The translations under genes were made by a program, and so were the position numbers. The notes under the pieces were generated by a model. That model saw only the letters and a list, made by a program, of their open reading frames with translations. It had not been told where the DNA came from and did not search any database. Below are positions 9,340 through 20,359 of a DNA stretch of 32,994 nt, one piece after another. Each line of letters starts with the position of its first letter. The first letter of the stretch is position 1. Source of the stretch: Octopus bimaculoides (lineage: Eukaryota); assembly GCF_001194135.2 (NCBI RefSeq), contig NC_068990.1, forward strand, positions 52,230,287 through 52,263,280, written 5' to 3'.

Positions 9340-12005
9340 CTACCACGTGCAGCCTTGGGTATGTGAAGTGGTTTATTTTAGTGTTGTTTTTACTGTATTG
9401 AAAATGCTTTACATAGGATGTGTGTGATGCCTAGCAGTGTCACATTATGTATATCATCTATAATTGTATAAGTGTTGGTGTTTTGATTATGCATTTATCT
9501 GTATGTTTTTAACCATACCAAATGCATCTATTATTATAAGGCTTATTTCTATCTTCAGGCCCCACATTCCATAATGCAGGCACAATTTCCACTGTATATA
9601 AGTCCCACATCTCTGTCATGTCAATAGATATATTCTTTCTTGACCAAGATTCATCAGCCAGAGACAATATGACTTATTGTTTCTTCCCCATCATCACATA
9701 TTCCGCAGTTACTTATTGTATTTTTCTTTATCATGTGTTTTTGGTTGTTTCTGATGGGGTGGTTTTGATCTTATACTGCAGTTAAAAACTCTTCAATCTC
9801 TGCTCTGCGATCCGAACTTCTCAACCAATGTTGAGATTTTACTTTGTCTATTTCTTTTGTTTAGCATATCCCAATGCTTTCCATGTAAGGGCATTCTTGC
9901 CATCGTTTTATCATGGTATTTTGTAATTCCAGTTTTAGCTAAGATTTTAGTAGCTTAACAGCTTTTGTTCTTACTTTTTTATAGGTGTTGGATATTATGA
10001 TCTCCTCCTTGTATTTTTCAGCTTTCTTAAAGACAGAAAACAGTTTGTTTCTTTTTGATTTTTTTTTCGTTTTGCTCATGCTTTGCAGCTATTTTTGTTA
10101 GTTTTCCTTGGTTCTGAATTAGATATTTCTGTAGTCCTATGGTGGGTATTTTATAGTTGTTTTCTAGTTGTATAAAGCCTCTACCACCTTCAGTTCATTA
10201 TATACATAACCTTTCTGTCAGATTTTGGGTGATGTGTTAAATTCCATCATTATTTTTCTTGTTTTAATCTAGTTTGGCTAGTTCATTTAGTATTCAATTA
10301 AGAATATTCTTTTCTACTCAAGGTATAAGACCCGAAATTTTGGGGGAGGGAGTCAGTTGATAAGATCGACGCCAGTACGCAGCTGGTACTTAATTTATTG
10401 ATCCCAAAATGATGAAAGGCAAAGTCAACCTCAGCAGAATTTGAACTTAAAACATAAAGACAGACGAAACCCCACTGAGCATTTTGCCCAGCATTCTAAC
10501 ATTACTGCCAGCTTACCACCTTCTAATTAAGAATATTGTAACTGTAACTTATAACTGGGACAGCTAGAGTACTGATATCTATTATCTTACTTTTCACATT
10601 GAGCTCTGTTTTAAATATTAATGTAATTTGCCTATAATATTCCTTCCTTGTCTTTTCTTTTACTTGTATGTTGTAACATATCTAGTTCATTGATTCCTAA
10701 ATATTTATATCTCCAGGTTTTGTCTAGTTCTCTTATTTCATTTTCTTTATCTAGTATGATGTTGTTATTCTTAACTAGTTTTCCTTTTTCCAAGATTGCT
10801 TTGGTACATTTTTCTAAGCCAAATTTCATATTTATTTCTTTGGTAAATCTATGCATTGTCTGTAGTAATGCTTCTAGTTGTTTATTATTTGCAGAATACA
10901 ATTTTAAATTATCCTTATACAAGAGATGGTTGATTGTTTTACCATAGCAGTAATATCCACATCCAGTTCTGCTTAGTATGTCAGTTAAAGCTGAAAGTGC
11001 CAGACAGAAGAGTGGAGAGAGCGAGTCTCCTTGGAATAATCTTCTTTTAATGGGAATGGCTTTAGTTTTTATAATCCCCTCTTTTGTCTGTAGCTGCAGA
11101 ACTGTTTGCTATTAACTCATCACGTTTTATAAATTATATTACTGTTGGTGCTACTTTGTTCATGATTGGTGTTTCCAGCATCCATGTGTACAGAATGCTG
11201 TCAAAAGCCTTTCCAGTAATCAATCAATGCCATACTAAAACTCTTCTTTTTCTTTTAGCAGTCTTCAGTTATGGCTTTGTTGATCAATAACTGACCTTTA
11301 CAGCCATATGAGTCTTTGCAGTATCCTTCTTTTCTTCTGGAAACAGGTTGTCTTCTTCTAGGTATCTTCCCATTCTCTGCAATATTATTGCAGTTAAGGC
11401 CTTATAGGTTGTAGGGAGACATGTGGGTCTGTAGTTTTGTGGATTTGCAGTTTTGGTAGATTTGGGAATTAGGATGGTTTCCCTTCTGTGAATCATTCAG
11501 ATGTCTCTGGCTCTGTCAGCATCTCAGTGAACTTCTCAGCCAGCACATTAAGTGTCCCTGTTATATATTTTAACCAGAGGTTGGTGGGGTCTTGTGATCT
11601 CCAGGTACCTTCCAGTTATTTAATTTTTGCACAAACTGGGTTACCTCTTCTGATGTTATGAGTGTCCAGAGTTGTTCAGGTGCTGTTTTTGTTGTTTTAA
11701 TTGATCTTTACTGAGGTAGTTCCTCCACCACCCATACTTCTTTCCAAAATTCTTCTACTTCTGCTGTTAGCACTGCATTGGTTTCTATTTTATTTTTATC
11801 AAGTTCTTGATAGAATCGTTTGGATAGAAGTTAAACTGCTTGTTTTGTTCAAAGAATCCTTGACACTTTTCATATCAACAAATTCTTTGTGTTCTATAAA
11901 GGATATCTTGCTTTAGATTTTCTTTTATTTCAGGTACGTCCTGTTTTGTTATTTTTTATTTCTGTAGTATTTTTCATTTTTTCGTGTTGTTTAGTAGTGT
12001 TGATT
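9340..12005 (-). mobile_element. R4/Dong-clade retrotransposon fragment, second subfamily (RT to REL C-terminus), interrupted by a SINE
   Basis: TILIPKSTKTANPQNYRPTCLPTTYKALT, GDSLSPLLFCLAL, YKDNLKLYS...MKFGLEKC...YKYLGI, KSQHWLRSS, TLLGITHILCKAFSIQ*. Confidence 0.88.
10309..10524 (-). mobile_element. tRNA-derived octopus SINE (CORE-like, OR-type) with a 13-bp TSD
   Basis: AATTAAGAATATT is duplicated at 10296-10308 and 10525-10537. The minus strand shows an A-box-like GGTAAGCTGGCAG head, a B-box-like GTTCAAATTC and the central GCCTTTCATC..GGGATCAATAAATTAAGTACCAG motif. It is homologous to the units at 12012-12606. Confidence 0.85.
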
Positions 12006-12011
12006 ATTATT

Positions 12012-12808
12012 AAGGTCAACTGGCAGAATCATCGCTGTGCTGGACAAAATGCTCAGTGGCATTTCTTCCAGCTCTTTACTTTCAGACTTCAAATTCTGCT
12101 GAGATCAACTTTGTCTTTCATCCTTTCAGGATTGATAAAATAAATACCAATTGAGAACTAGGGTCAATATAATCAACTAACCCCTCTCCACAAGTTTTCA
12201 GGCCTTGTGCCTATAATAGAAAGGGTTACAGAAAGTGGCAAGCTGGCAAAATCATTAGCACACTGGACAAGATACTTAGAGACATTTCTTCTGATTTTAA
12301 TTTCTGAGTTCAAATGCCTTTCATCCTTTCAGGGTCGGTGAAATAAGTATTAGTTGAGCACTGAGTTCCCTATAATCAACTAACCCCAGCAGCAAGCTGG
12401 CAGAATCATCAGCACCCAGGGCAAAATGTTTAGTGTCATTTTGTCTATCTTCAAGTTCTGAGTTCAAATTCTACCGAAGTTGTCTTTGCCTTTCATTCTT
12501 TCAGCATCAATAATATAAGTGCCAGTTGAATACTGGGGTTGATGTAATCAACTTAGCTCCTCTGCTGAAATTTCTGGCCTTGTACCAAAATTTGAAACCG
12601 ATATTAGAGTGGAGGCTTGTAGCTTAATGGTTAGGGTGTTGGACTCATAATCATAAGAATGTAGTTTCGATTCCTGGACAGAAAACTGGCCCTTATGAGT
12701 CTGTATCAATCAAGAAGGTAACTATACCTTTACCAGTTGAGCACTGAGGTTGATGTAATCGACTTATTCTCTCCTCCAAAATTGCTGGCCTTATGCCAAA
12801 ATTTGAAA
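12012..12808 (+). mobile_element. Head-to-tail cluster of four tRNA-derived SINE units (~12012-12227, 12232-12387, 12388-12606, 12610-12808)
   Basis: Repeated motifs (a)gctggcagaatc, gttcaaat, gcctttcatcctttcaggg, ccagttgagcactg, ggccttgtgcc. The fourth unit has a different tRNA-like head (gtagcttaatggttagggtg...tcgattcc) joined to the same 3' half. Confidence 0.8.
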
Positions 12809-12858
12809 TTATTGTTATTATTGTTATTATTATTATTATTATTATTATTTTCATTATC
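12808..12858. repeat. (ATT)n microsatellite shared as SINE tail (+) and Dong tail (-)
   Basis: attattgttattattgttattattattatt lies directly between the SINE 3' end and the Dong 3' UTR. Confidence 0.8.
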
Positions 12859-15265
12859 ATCTCCTTTCAATTCTGTTTCCATTTCTTGCCAAATGTCTTC
12901 CTGACACCTAGGGCACAGGAGCACACTGTGTACATTGATAGGTCATTAAAATAAACACACCAGATTGTTCATTTACAAAGTCATGTGATAGAGAAAAGGA
13001 AGAAGAAAGACAGAGAGAAAAAGGAAAAAATAAAAATAAAAAAGTAAACAAAGGTGCAGACATGACTGTGTAGTAAGAAGCTTGCTTCTTAACCACATGG
13101 TTCCGGGTTCAGCCCTACTGCATGGCACCTTGGGCAAGTGTCTTCTACTATAGCCTTAGGCTAACCAAAGCCTTGTGAGTGAATTTGGTAGACAGAAACT
13201 GAAAGAAGCCCATCGTATATATATATATATTTATATGTATGCATTTGTGTAGCTGTGGTTGTATCCCCTCCATCATAGCCGATGTTGGTGTGTTTATGTC
13301 CCTGTAACATAGCAGTTCATCAAAAAGATACTGATAGAATAAGTACTAGGCTTACAAAGAATAAGTCCTGGAGTCAATTTGTTCAACTAAAGGTGGTGCT
13401 CCAGCATGGCCACAGTCAGATGACTGAAACAAGTAAAAGAGTAAAGAAAATAAAAGGGAAAAAAGGAGAAAAAATTCACAGCAACAATGCTCTTCTCAGT
13501 ACATGTGATAAACCTGTTAAGACAATCTTTTGCACTTCCTGTATGTTAAATAATTTTCAGTTTTGATAATTCCAAGTGCTCCTACAAATCACTGGTATTG
13601 TAACTATCTTGAAATGCCACATCAGTTACCAAATCTTTATATTTTCTGAGCTTATCAGATTCTTTTGCTGAGATATTATAGTCACAAGGTATGCTCATGT
13701 CAATCAATAAACAGACTTTATTGTTTTGGTCTTTCACAATAATATCTAATTTATTTGTTTTGATAGTCCGGTCTGTACATATTGGAAAGTCCCAAAGAAT
13801 CCTTACATTTTCTCCCTCAGTTACAGCTTCAGGGTAGTGCTTGTACCATTTGTCAGCAGTTTTGATTTTATAATATCAACACATTATCCAGTGTAAACAT
13901 TGGCCAACTCTGTCATGTCTTGATTTGTACTCCACAGGTGCTAAAACCTTACACCCAGAGATTAGGTGGTCCACTGTTTCAATCCCATCATTGCAGTATC
14001 AGCACTCTGAGTCTACACCATTTTTCATCACACTGGCTTGATAATTCCAGGTCAATAAACTCTGATTTTGAGCAGTCAAGATAAAGCCTTCACTCTCTGC
14101 CTTTAACCCTGAGCTCCATTGACACTGATGGGTGTGCTTCTGATCTACATCAGCTTGTTTACTACAGGCCATATATTTACCATGCAGAGGTTTTTGTTCC
14201 CACATATCAGCCAATTCTTCAAATGCATTTGGTTTTGCTATTGATTTCACCTTTGTAACTACAGTTGCCACACTTCCATCATGCTGTTCAACCTGGGTGT
14301 TATGTATAAACTTACTTGAAAATTCATAACAGAATGAAGTTTCTTATGTCTTTCATGGTTTTCAACAAGCTTTAGCATCCAGTTGTTAGATGTTTTAAGA
14401 TATTTTGCCAATCCAATTGTGGTGGTTTTGTAAGAGATTTCAAACTGGATCAAGCCTCAACCTCCTTGAGCTCTGGGTAGGTAAAAACGATCTGTGTCTG
14501 CCTTTGGGTGGTGCATGTTATTGCAAGTCAGCAGCTTACGAATTTTCTTGTCAATCTTACTTATTTAGCTCATATTCTAGTTCAACACATTGAAACTGTG
14601 AATAACAACCGAAACTGCTTAGGAATTTATAGCTAACGCATTTAACTCAGATTTTAGGACTGCTCAAACCCTCCTGTAACATTCCTTCCTTATCTACTCT
14701 TCCATGCTTGCATGCTGAATGTCAGAACCCTCATTCATTCTGAGGTATTTGTAAGTTTGTTCCTGCTCAAGTTCTTTTTTGAAAGTGTCAACATCCAACA
14801 CCACTGAATGTGAGGTCTTCAATTTCCCTTTCTGGAAAGTGGCCTTGGCATATTTATCTCAGCCAAATTTCATCTCGATGTCATCACTGAATGCTTTCAC
14901 AGTACGAAGTAGTCCTTCAAGTTCATTATCATCTTTGCCATACCTTTTTATATCTATCCCTTGTTCTGTTATGCTCATTTGTAAGGGGTATTAGGGCTAT
15001 GCAAAAAATTAAAGGTGAAAGTAAGTCACCTTGGAAAATGCTGCAGTTGATATTAACATTGTTTGTAGCCAGTACTGCATTTAGAGTGGTATAATTGGAG
15101 ATTCATATTCCATACTGACATGTTGTACTTCAGGAAGTTTGAAATCATGAGAAATTTTGAAAATATCCAGCAATCTAAAGATCCATGAACGTGATATGCT
15201 GTCAAAGGCCTTTTTATAATCAATCCATGTGGAACTAAGATTTCTGCATTTGTAATGACAGTTCT
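12859..15265 (-). mobile_element. R4/Dong-clade retrotransposon fragment (RT, knuckle, REL, 3' UTR), interrupted by the SINE at 13052-13440
   Basis: WIDYKKAFDSISRSWI, LEGLLRTVKAFSDDIEMKFG, GIETVDHLISGCKVLAPVEYKSRHDRVG, ILWDFPICTDRTIKTNKLDIIVKD, EVQKIVLTGLSHVLRRALLL*. Confidence 0.88.
13052..13440 (+). mobile_element. tRNA-derived octopus SINE (second family) with internal (TA)n
   Basis: tRNA-like head gtgtagtaagaagcttgc...ggttccgggttcagccc, then ggcaccttgggcaagtgtcttctactatagcc, internal (TA)n, and 3' end atgactgaaacaagtaaaaga. It splits the Dong 3' UTR. The family is recognised from memory of octopus repeats. Confidence 0.75.
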
Positions 15266-15304
15266 CAAGGATCATGTGATTGATTAAGAGTTGGTCTTTA
15301 CATT

Positions 15305-15326
15305 CATGTTATTATCATCATTATTA

Positions 15327-15359
<33 letters not shown>

Positions 15360-15380
15360 TTATCATCATCATCATCATCA

Positions 15381-15414
<34 letters not shown>

Positions 15415-15416
15415 CA
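15305..15416. repeat. Compound (TAT)n/(CAT)n microsatellite
   Basis: Directly visible; it ends a few bases before a candidate splice acceptor. Confidence 0.95.
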
Positions 15417-15420
15417 ACAG

Positions 15421-15491
15421 GTAAATGCACCATGGATAAAACACTTTTACTTCATTGATGAGGAAACTAAACCATTATATATTTTTCCTAC
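15421..15491 (+). CDS. Candidate internal coding exon (71 nt, phase 0 to 2) of an unidentified host gene
   Basis: ttatcaacAG|GTAAAT...TTTCCTAC|GTAAGT; only one frame is open: VNAPWIKHFYFIDEETKPLYIFP(T). No family recognised. Confidence 0.5.
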
Positions 15492-15579
15492 GTAAGTTAA
15501 TTTGTTATCCTTTTTCTCTTTTTCTTTTCTGTTTTCTCTCTTTTTATACATTCAAGTATAATTATAAAATAATATAGAG

Positions 15580-15793
15580 TTCACCTGCTCAGCAGATGAG
15601 CACATTTCTTTCAAAATCAGAGACCATCTTTGAACATCTATTAAAACTTCCTATCAAAATTTCACATTAATCTATGTTCCAAATATTGGTCTAATAATGA
15701 CAAAATTATTTTACTATATTCTCCATTATTTTTCAAGTTTAATAGAAAGAAAAACAGTGTTGTTCAACATAAATATGGTAACAAAAGTGTTAA
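15580..15793. mobile_element. Degenerate octopus MITE-like repeat ending in a TTAA-flanked terminus (piggyBac-like)
   Basis: It ends ...aaatatggtaacaaaagtgTTAA, resembling a recalled octopus TTAA-CCCTTT MITE. Only one end is clear. Confidence 0.35.
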
Positions 15794-15816
15794 AATCCTA
15801 CAGTTTCTTTACCCAG

Positions 15817-15951
15817 GTTATATAGAACATGTGTACCAATAATCATTGTTGCATCTTGTTATAGTACCATGTGTTTAAATAATAGCCAGGAAAATTTAGA
15901 GTTTTCAGGTAAAGAAAAAGACCTCCTCAGACACAATCTACATGTTCATGT
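15817..15951 (+). CDS. Candidate internal coding exon (135 nt, phase 2 to 2), in frame with 15421-15491
   Basis: gtttctttacccAG|G TTA TAT...CAT GT|GTAAGT; the open frame gives (T)LYRTCVPIIIVASCYSTMCLNNSQENLEFSGKEKDLLRHNLHVH. Confidence 0.5.
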
Positions 15952-16486
15952 GTAAGTATAACAATGAAAATATATAAAAATTCCCTAATTTGCGGCATAT
16001 GACTTGTTATTATTGTTTCATCTAAATTCCAGTGATTGAATTTTATATCTAAGTTATAACAGAGCCCCTTTTATTATTGGAAGAATTTAAAGAATTTAAA
16101 CATAAGAAAACATATTTCCATAAATTCTTTGAAGTGAACAGAGAGTATTACAAGAGATTTTAAAATAACCGCAGTTAGAGAATTCCTCGTGGAAGACAAC
16201 TTATTTTTACAATATCTTGCATTCTGGAAACAATAATGCCATTACTTTCAGAGTTTCTAATAAGTCCTCTTACTGGTTCATTGCTTCTTTCAGAGCAACT
16301 TTGACAAAGAAGTGTTTACTGGAAATAAGCCACACAGTATTTTCATCTGAATGCTCCAGTTTATCAGTTTTCTCATTATTGTCAATATCTTTCACTGATA
16401 TATGCAGAAAGACACACATACACAGATACATACATACATACATACTTACTACATACGTACATACATACATGTGTGCGTGCGTGTGT

Positions 16487-17412
16487 GACTTTGTTCATAT
16501 AGCTGAATCACTACCAGAACTAGAGAAGAAATTTCAGGTGTGGAAGCAAGGTCTAGAATTAAGGGGCCTTCGAGTTAATCTAGCAAAAACCAAAGTTTTA
16601 GTAAGTAGGAAAGAGGACAAATCACAAATCTCTTCAGGTAGACAGCCCTGCTCGATATGTGGAAAAGGTGTAGGTAGAAACTCCATAAGATGTACCTGGT
16701 GCAAGCTATAGACACACAAGTGGTGCAGCAACGTCAGAGGTAGGTTAACAGGTACAATAAACACTAGAAATGTTCAGAAAATAGACTCCATCAAATGCCA
16801 ATGGGGATATCTCGAAGTAGTTCATAGCTTCCATTATATAGGTGACCAAGTCAGCAGCAGAGGTAGATGATCAGAGTAAAAGGTAGATTGTACAATGCCT
16901 GTGTGCAAACAGCCATGTTACATGACAGTGAAACATGGGCTGCAACTGCATAGCCTTGAAAGAAATGAAGCTAGTATGCTTTGCTGGATGTGCAATGTCA
17001 ATGTGCATGTATGACAGTGTGAATGTCTTGAGAGAAAAGTTGGGCATAAGATGCATCAGATGTGGTGTGCAAGAGAGACGACTGTGCTGGGCATGGCCAT
17101 GTGATGTGTATGGGTGATGACAGCTGTGTAAAGAAATGCCAATCTCTAACTGGGGAAGGAACCTGTGGAAGACCCAGGAAGATATGGAATGAGGTAGTGA
17201 AGCATGATCTTCAAATGTTGGGCTTCATGGAGATGATGACAAGTGACTGAGACCTTTAGCGATATGCTGTGCTTGAACCAAGTGAAATCATAATTGTGAC
17301 CAATGCCAGTATCATTTAACTGACACTCGTGCTGGTGGCACATAAAAGCGCCCATGCTGGTGGCATGAAAAAGTACCCATTACACTCTAGGTGTGGTTGG
17401 CATAAGGAAGGG
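16487..17412 (+). mobile_element. RTE-clade LINE, 5'-truncated 3' fragment with PHD-like finger and 3' UTR
   Basis: HIAESLPELEKKFQVWKQGLELRGLRVNLAKTKVL, CSICGKGVGRNSIRCTWCKL, then GTCGRPRKIWNEVVKHDL. The 3' UTR carries the aaaagtacccattacactc..tggttggcataaggaagggcatccagc motif shared with the SINE-like tails elsewhere. Confidence 0.85.
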
Positions 17413-17414
17413 CA

Positions 17415-19010
17415 TCCAGCCATTGAACATGGTGCAGCTCTCCGGCTTTGGAGACATGGGGGGGGGGATAACCGAGGATGAGGGAAGGTAACTGAGGATA
17501 GGGGAAGATAACTGAGGGGTAAAAGTAACTAAGAAAGCCAGTGGGCATAGTATGTGCCCATTCTGTTCTCCGATGATAGAGGACATGATGGGTGCTAGGG
17601 ATTGAAGTGTGGGTGGGAGAAGGTTGACAGGGCAGAGCCCCTCATGGGCATGCTTTACCAAGATGGCTTTAAGATAACGATTCTGTTGTGGTGGGTAGGT
17701 CATCTTGAGTAGGGCAAGGTGCCAGATACTTTAGTCCTTTGTAAGGTTCAGCATTTTGAGATCAGCCTTCAATACTTTGTCTCCATGTCTTCCTGGATCT
17801 CCCTCTTTCACAACCTCCTTTTACTTGAAGTGATTGGCATTTGCTTATGCAACCGTTCTCATCCATTTGCATCATGTGACCAAAACAGTGCAGTCTCTTG
17901 CATATTTCATATAATTCCTTTTATGTCAAATTTTCCCCTCAATATACCAGTGCTCTATTACACATGTACAGTGATATTGTACATCCAGTGGAACATACCA
18001 ACTTCATTCTTCTCTAGCTTTCACATGCCCCCTGCATTCAGAGCCCACATCTCGCTACCATGCAGCATTATTGTTCGTACACATTTATCGTACAATCTTG
18101 CTTTCGTTTGGAAAGAGAGAGACTTTTGTGTGCCAACAGAGTTTTCTTAACTTTCTCCATCCTATTCTCATTCTAACAATTACACTTTCCATACATGCTA
18201 ATTAGGTAGCAGAAATTATCCACTACTTCTAGAGTTTCCCATGTATCTGTAGTCTTCATGGCTATACATCTTCCACATATAAATGCTACTTTCTCTGGTA
18301 ACCTTCTTACCATTCCACAGCACCTCTTGTGCCTCCATAGCTTGCACTTGGTACACCAAATAGAATTCCTGCCTACACCTTTCCTACATCTCAAGCAGGG
18401 CCATTTTCCTGAAGTGGGTAGAGTCCCATCTAATTTCTTGTTTACTAGGACCTTGGTCTTTGCTAAGTTACCTTTAGGGCCCTTTCATTCCAGATTTTGT
18501 TTCCACACCTGGAATTTCTTTTCTATTACTGATTCTGCTATGAGGGCAAGATCATCAGCATATAATAGTTCCCATGGGCTTCCAGTCTTAAATTTCTCTG
18601 TTGTTGCCTGGAGGACAATGATGAATAGGAGGGGGATGAGGACTGAGGTTTGGTGAACACTTGCCTGTACACTAAATTCTTCTCTGTACTCATGGCTAAC
18701 TCCTTACCCTTGTACATGGCCCATACTGCTTTCTCAAGTCATTCATCTATCCAGATCTACAAATGCCAAGTACAATGTCTTATTCTCATCTAAATACTTC
18801 TTTTGCATTTTGCCTGGCTATGGAAATAGCATCAGCAGTTATATACTTATTTATAAATGCATCTTTCAACACACCCACCTTCCCTCCAACCATATTCACC
18901 ACTCACTGCAATTCCCTCCCTTCTATTTTCCACTCTCCTTTCACATTTTCGTGAAATTACCTATTCAAACATCCTGTCTAATCCACTTCACCTCCCTTTA
19001 ACTTAAGGGT
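17415..19010 (-). mobile_element. RTE-clade LINE fragment (RT C-half, PHD-like finger, C-terminus, UTR)
   Basis: Minus translation LIPLLFIIVLQA...PWELLYADDLALIAES...NLAKTKVL...CLRCRKGVGRNSIWCTKCKLWRHKRCC...FICGRC...LEVVDNFCYL; KARLYDKCVRTIMLHGSEMW. Confidence 0.87.
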
Positions 19011-19033
19011 ACAACCCAACACAACTTCACCAG

Positions 19034-19034
<1 letters not shown>

Positions 19035-19095
<61 letters not shown>

Positions 19096-19112
19096 CCTCC
19101 CTCCCTCCCTCT
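19035..19112. repeat. (CT)n microsatellite
   Basis: Directly visible. Confidence 0.95.
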
Positions 19113-19173
19113 CCCAATTGGGGTTGCCATCAATTTCCTCTGTAACAAGACATTGGTGCTTGTCCCTCTATCA

Positions 19174-20170
19174 TATTGGGTTATCAGATAAATTCATTCA
19201 TTTCTTTCTAATCTTATTTGAATTAACATGAAAACTATTATCATAGTGTTTTACGCTTTGGTGGGATTTTTTTGTGACTCTCTTCTTCTGCTACAACTTG
19301 TGCCTATTGTTTTTGAAATTCAAACAAATTTTAGCTCTCTTCAGACATATAACAATGAAGCACGAAAGAGAAAAAAAGGAGCATTTTTGACACTTGTTTC
19401 TCTTCACTTTCAATCAAGGTTCCAAAGCTGCTAAAGCTATTCAAGACATTCATGTTGTGTATGGAGAAATTGGCTTTTATTGAAAGAAATTCACAGAAAT
19501 GGTTGTTACACTTCAAGGAAGGGAAATTTGACCTCACAGACTGTTCAGTTTGATGAGAATCAATTGAACCAGCTCATCCATGAGGATCCACATCAGTTCA
19601 CTAGACAATTGGCTCAGCTGATGGAATGTTCTCACAATAACATTGATAAAGACAATTATCTCAGCTGATGGAATGCTCTCACAATGATTGATAAAGTCAA
19701 AAAATTTAATGCATGGGTGCCACATGCTTTAAATGAAAGAGTTGAACACTAGCACAACTCTATCACTGCCAATTTTCTCATTTGACATTATGCTACTTGT
19801 GCACACAAACACTGATTGGGAAATGCTTGAAAACAATCACACAATCAATGCAAAGTTTTATGTTTAATGAATTATCCAACTCAATGAGGTAATACAGCTG
19901 AAACGACCAGACCAGTGACAAAGTGTGCTTCTTCAACAAAATAACACTCACCCCACCACCTCCCACTACACACCCCATGTCACTAATTTGGCCAAAAATG
20001 TTATTCAAGATCATTACTGGGACGTTCTACATATCCACTGATATAGAGACTTCAGATTATCACCTTTTTTCAGTAACTTTCCAAAAGTTTGCAAAGTGTT
20101 TCATTCAACAGTAATGTGGAGTTGAAAACATGGTTTGATGACACCTTCAAGTCAAGATCTGATTATTTCA
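19174..20170 (+). mobile_element. Mariner (Tc1/mariner) transposon remnant
   Basis: Putative left end TA-TTGGGTTATCAGATAA at 19174. The ATG at 19355 gives MKHEREKKEHF*HLFLFTFNQGSKAAKAIQDIHVVYGE; later motifs FDENQLNQLIHEDPHQFTRQLA, AWVPHAL and SDYHLF (YSPDLAPSDYHLF remnant). The catalytic middle is largely lost, and there is a ~37 bp internal duplication at 19612-19695. Confidence 0.8.
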
Positions 20171-20179
20171 ACTGTTGCC

Positions 20180-20359
20180 TGAGCCATGTAAAAAGCACCC
20201 TGTACATTTGGTAAAGTGGTAGGCATTAGAAAGAGCATCCAGTCATAGGAACTATTGAAAAGCAGACAGTGGAGCTTGGAACAGTCCACTGACTAACCAG
20301 TTCCTCTGGAATCATCCTACCCATGCCACCATGGAGAATGGACATTAAATGGTGATGGA

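Noticed and set aside
12610-12680. tRNA-like sequence
   Set aside because: It is a degenerate SINE head fused to a SINE body, with no intact cloverleaf.
12012-12808. Regularly recurring motifs suggestive of a CRISPR-like array
   Set aside because: The units are ~160-220 bp diverged SINE copies in a eukaryotic context, with no constant short repeat/spacer structure or cas genes.
15280-15420. Poly-His/poly-Tyr ORF
   Set aside because: It is the translation of the (CAT)/(TAT) microsatellite; only the part after the AG at 15420 is considered a possible exon.
15909-15951. Alternative acceptor ttttcAG at 15908 giving a 43-nt exon
   Set aside because: Splicing from 15491 would create an immediate TAA stop; the 15817 acceptor keeps the frame open.
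16274-16394. Possible minus-strand exon (KDIDNNEKTDKLEHSDENTVWLISSKHFFVKVALKEAMN) with AG/GTAAGA ends
   Set aside because: It has no convincing partner exon or recognisable domain and conflicts with the better-supported + strand pair. It cannot be excluded without RNA-seq.
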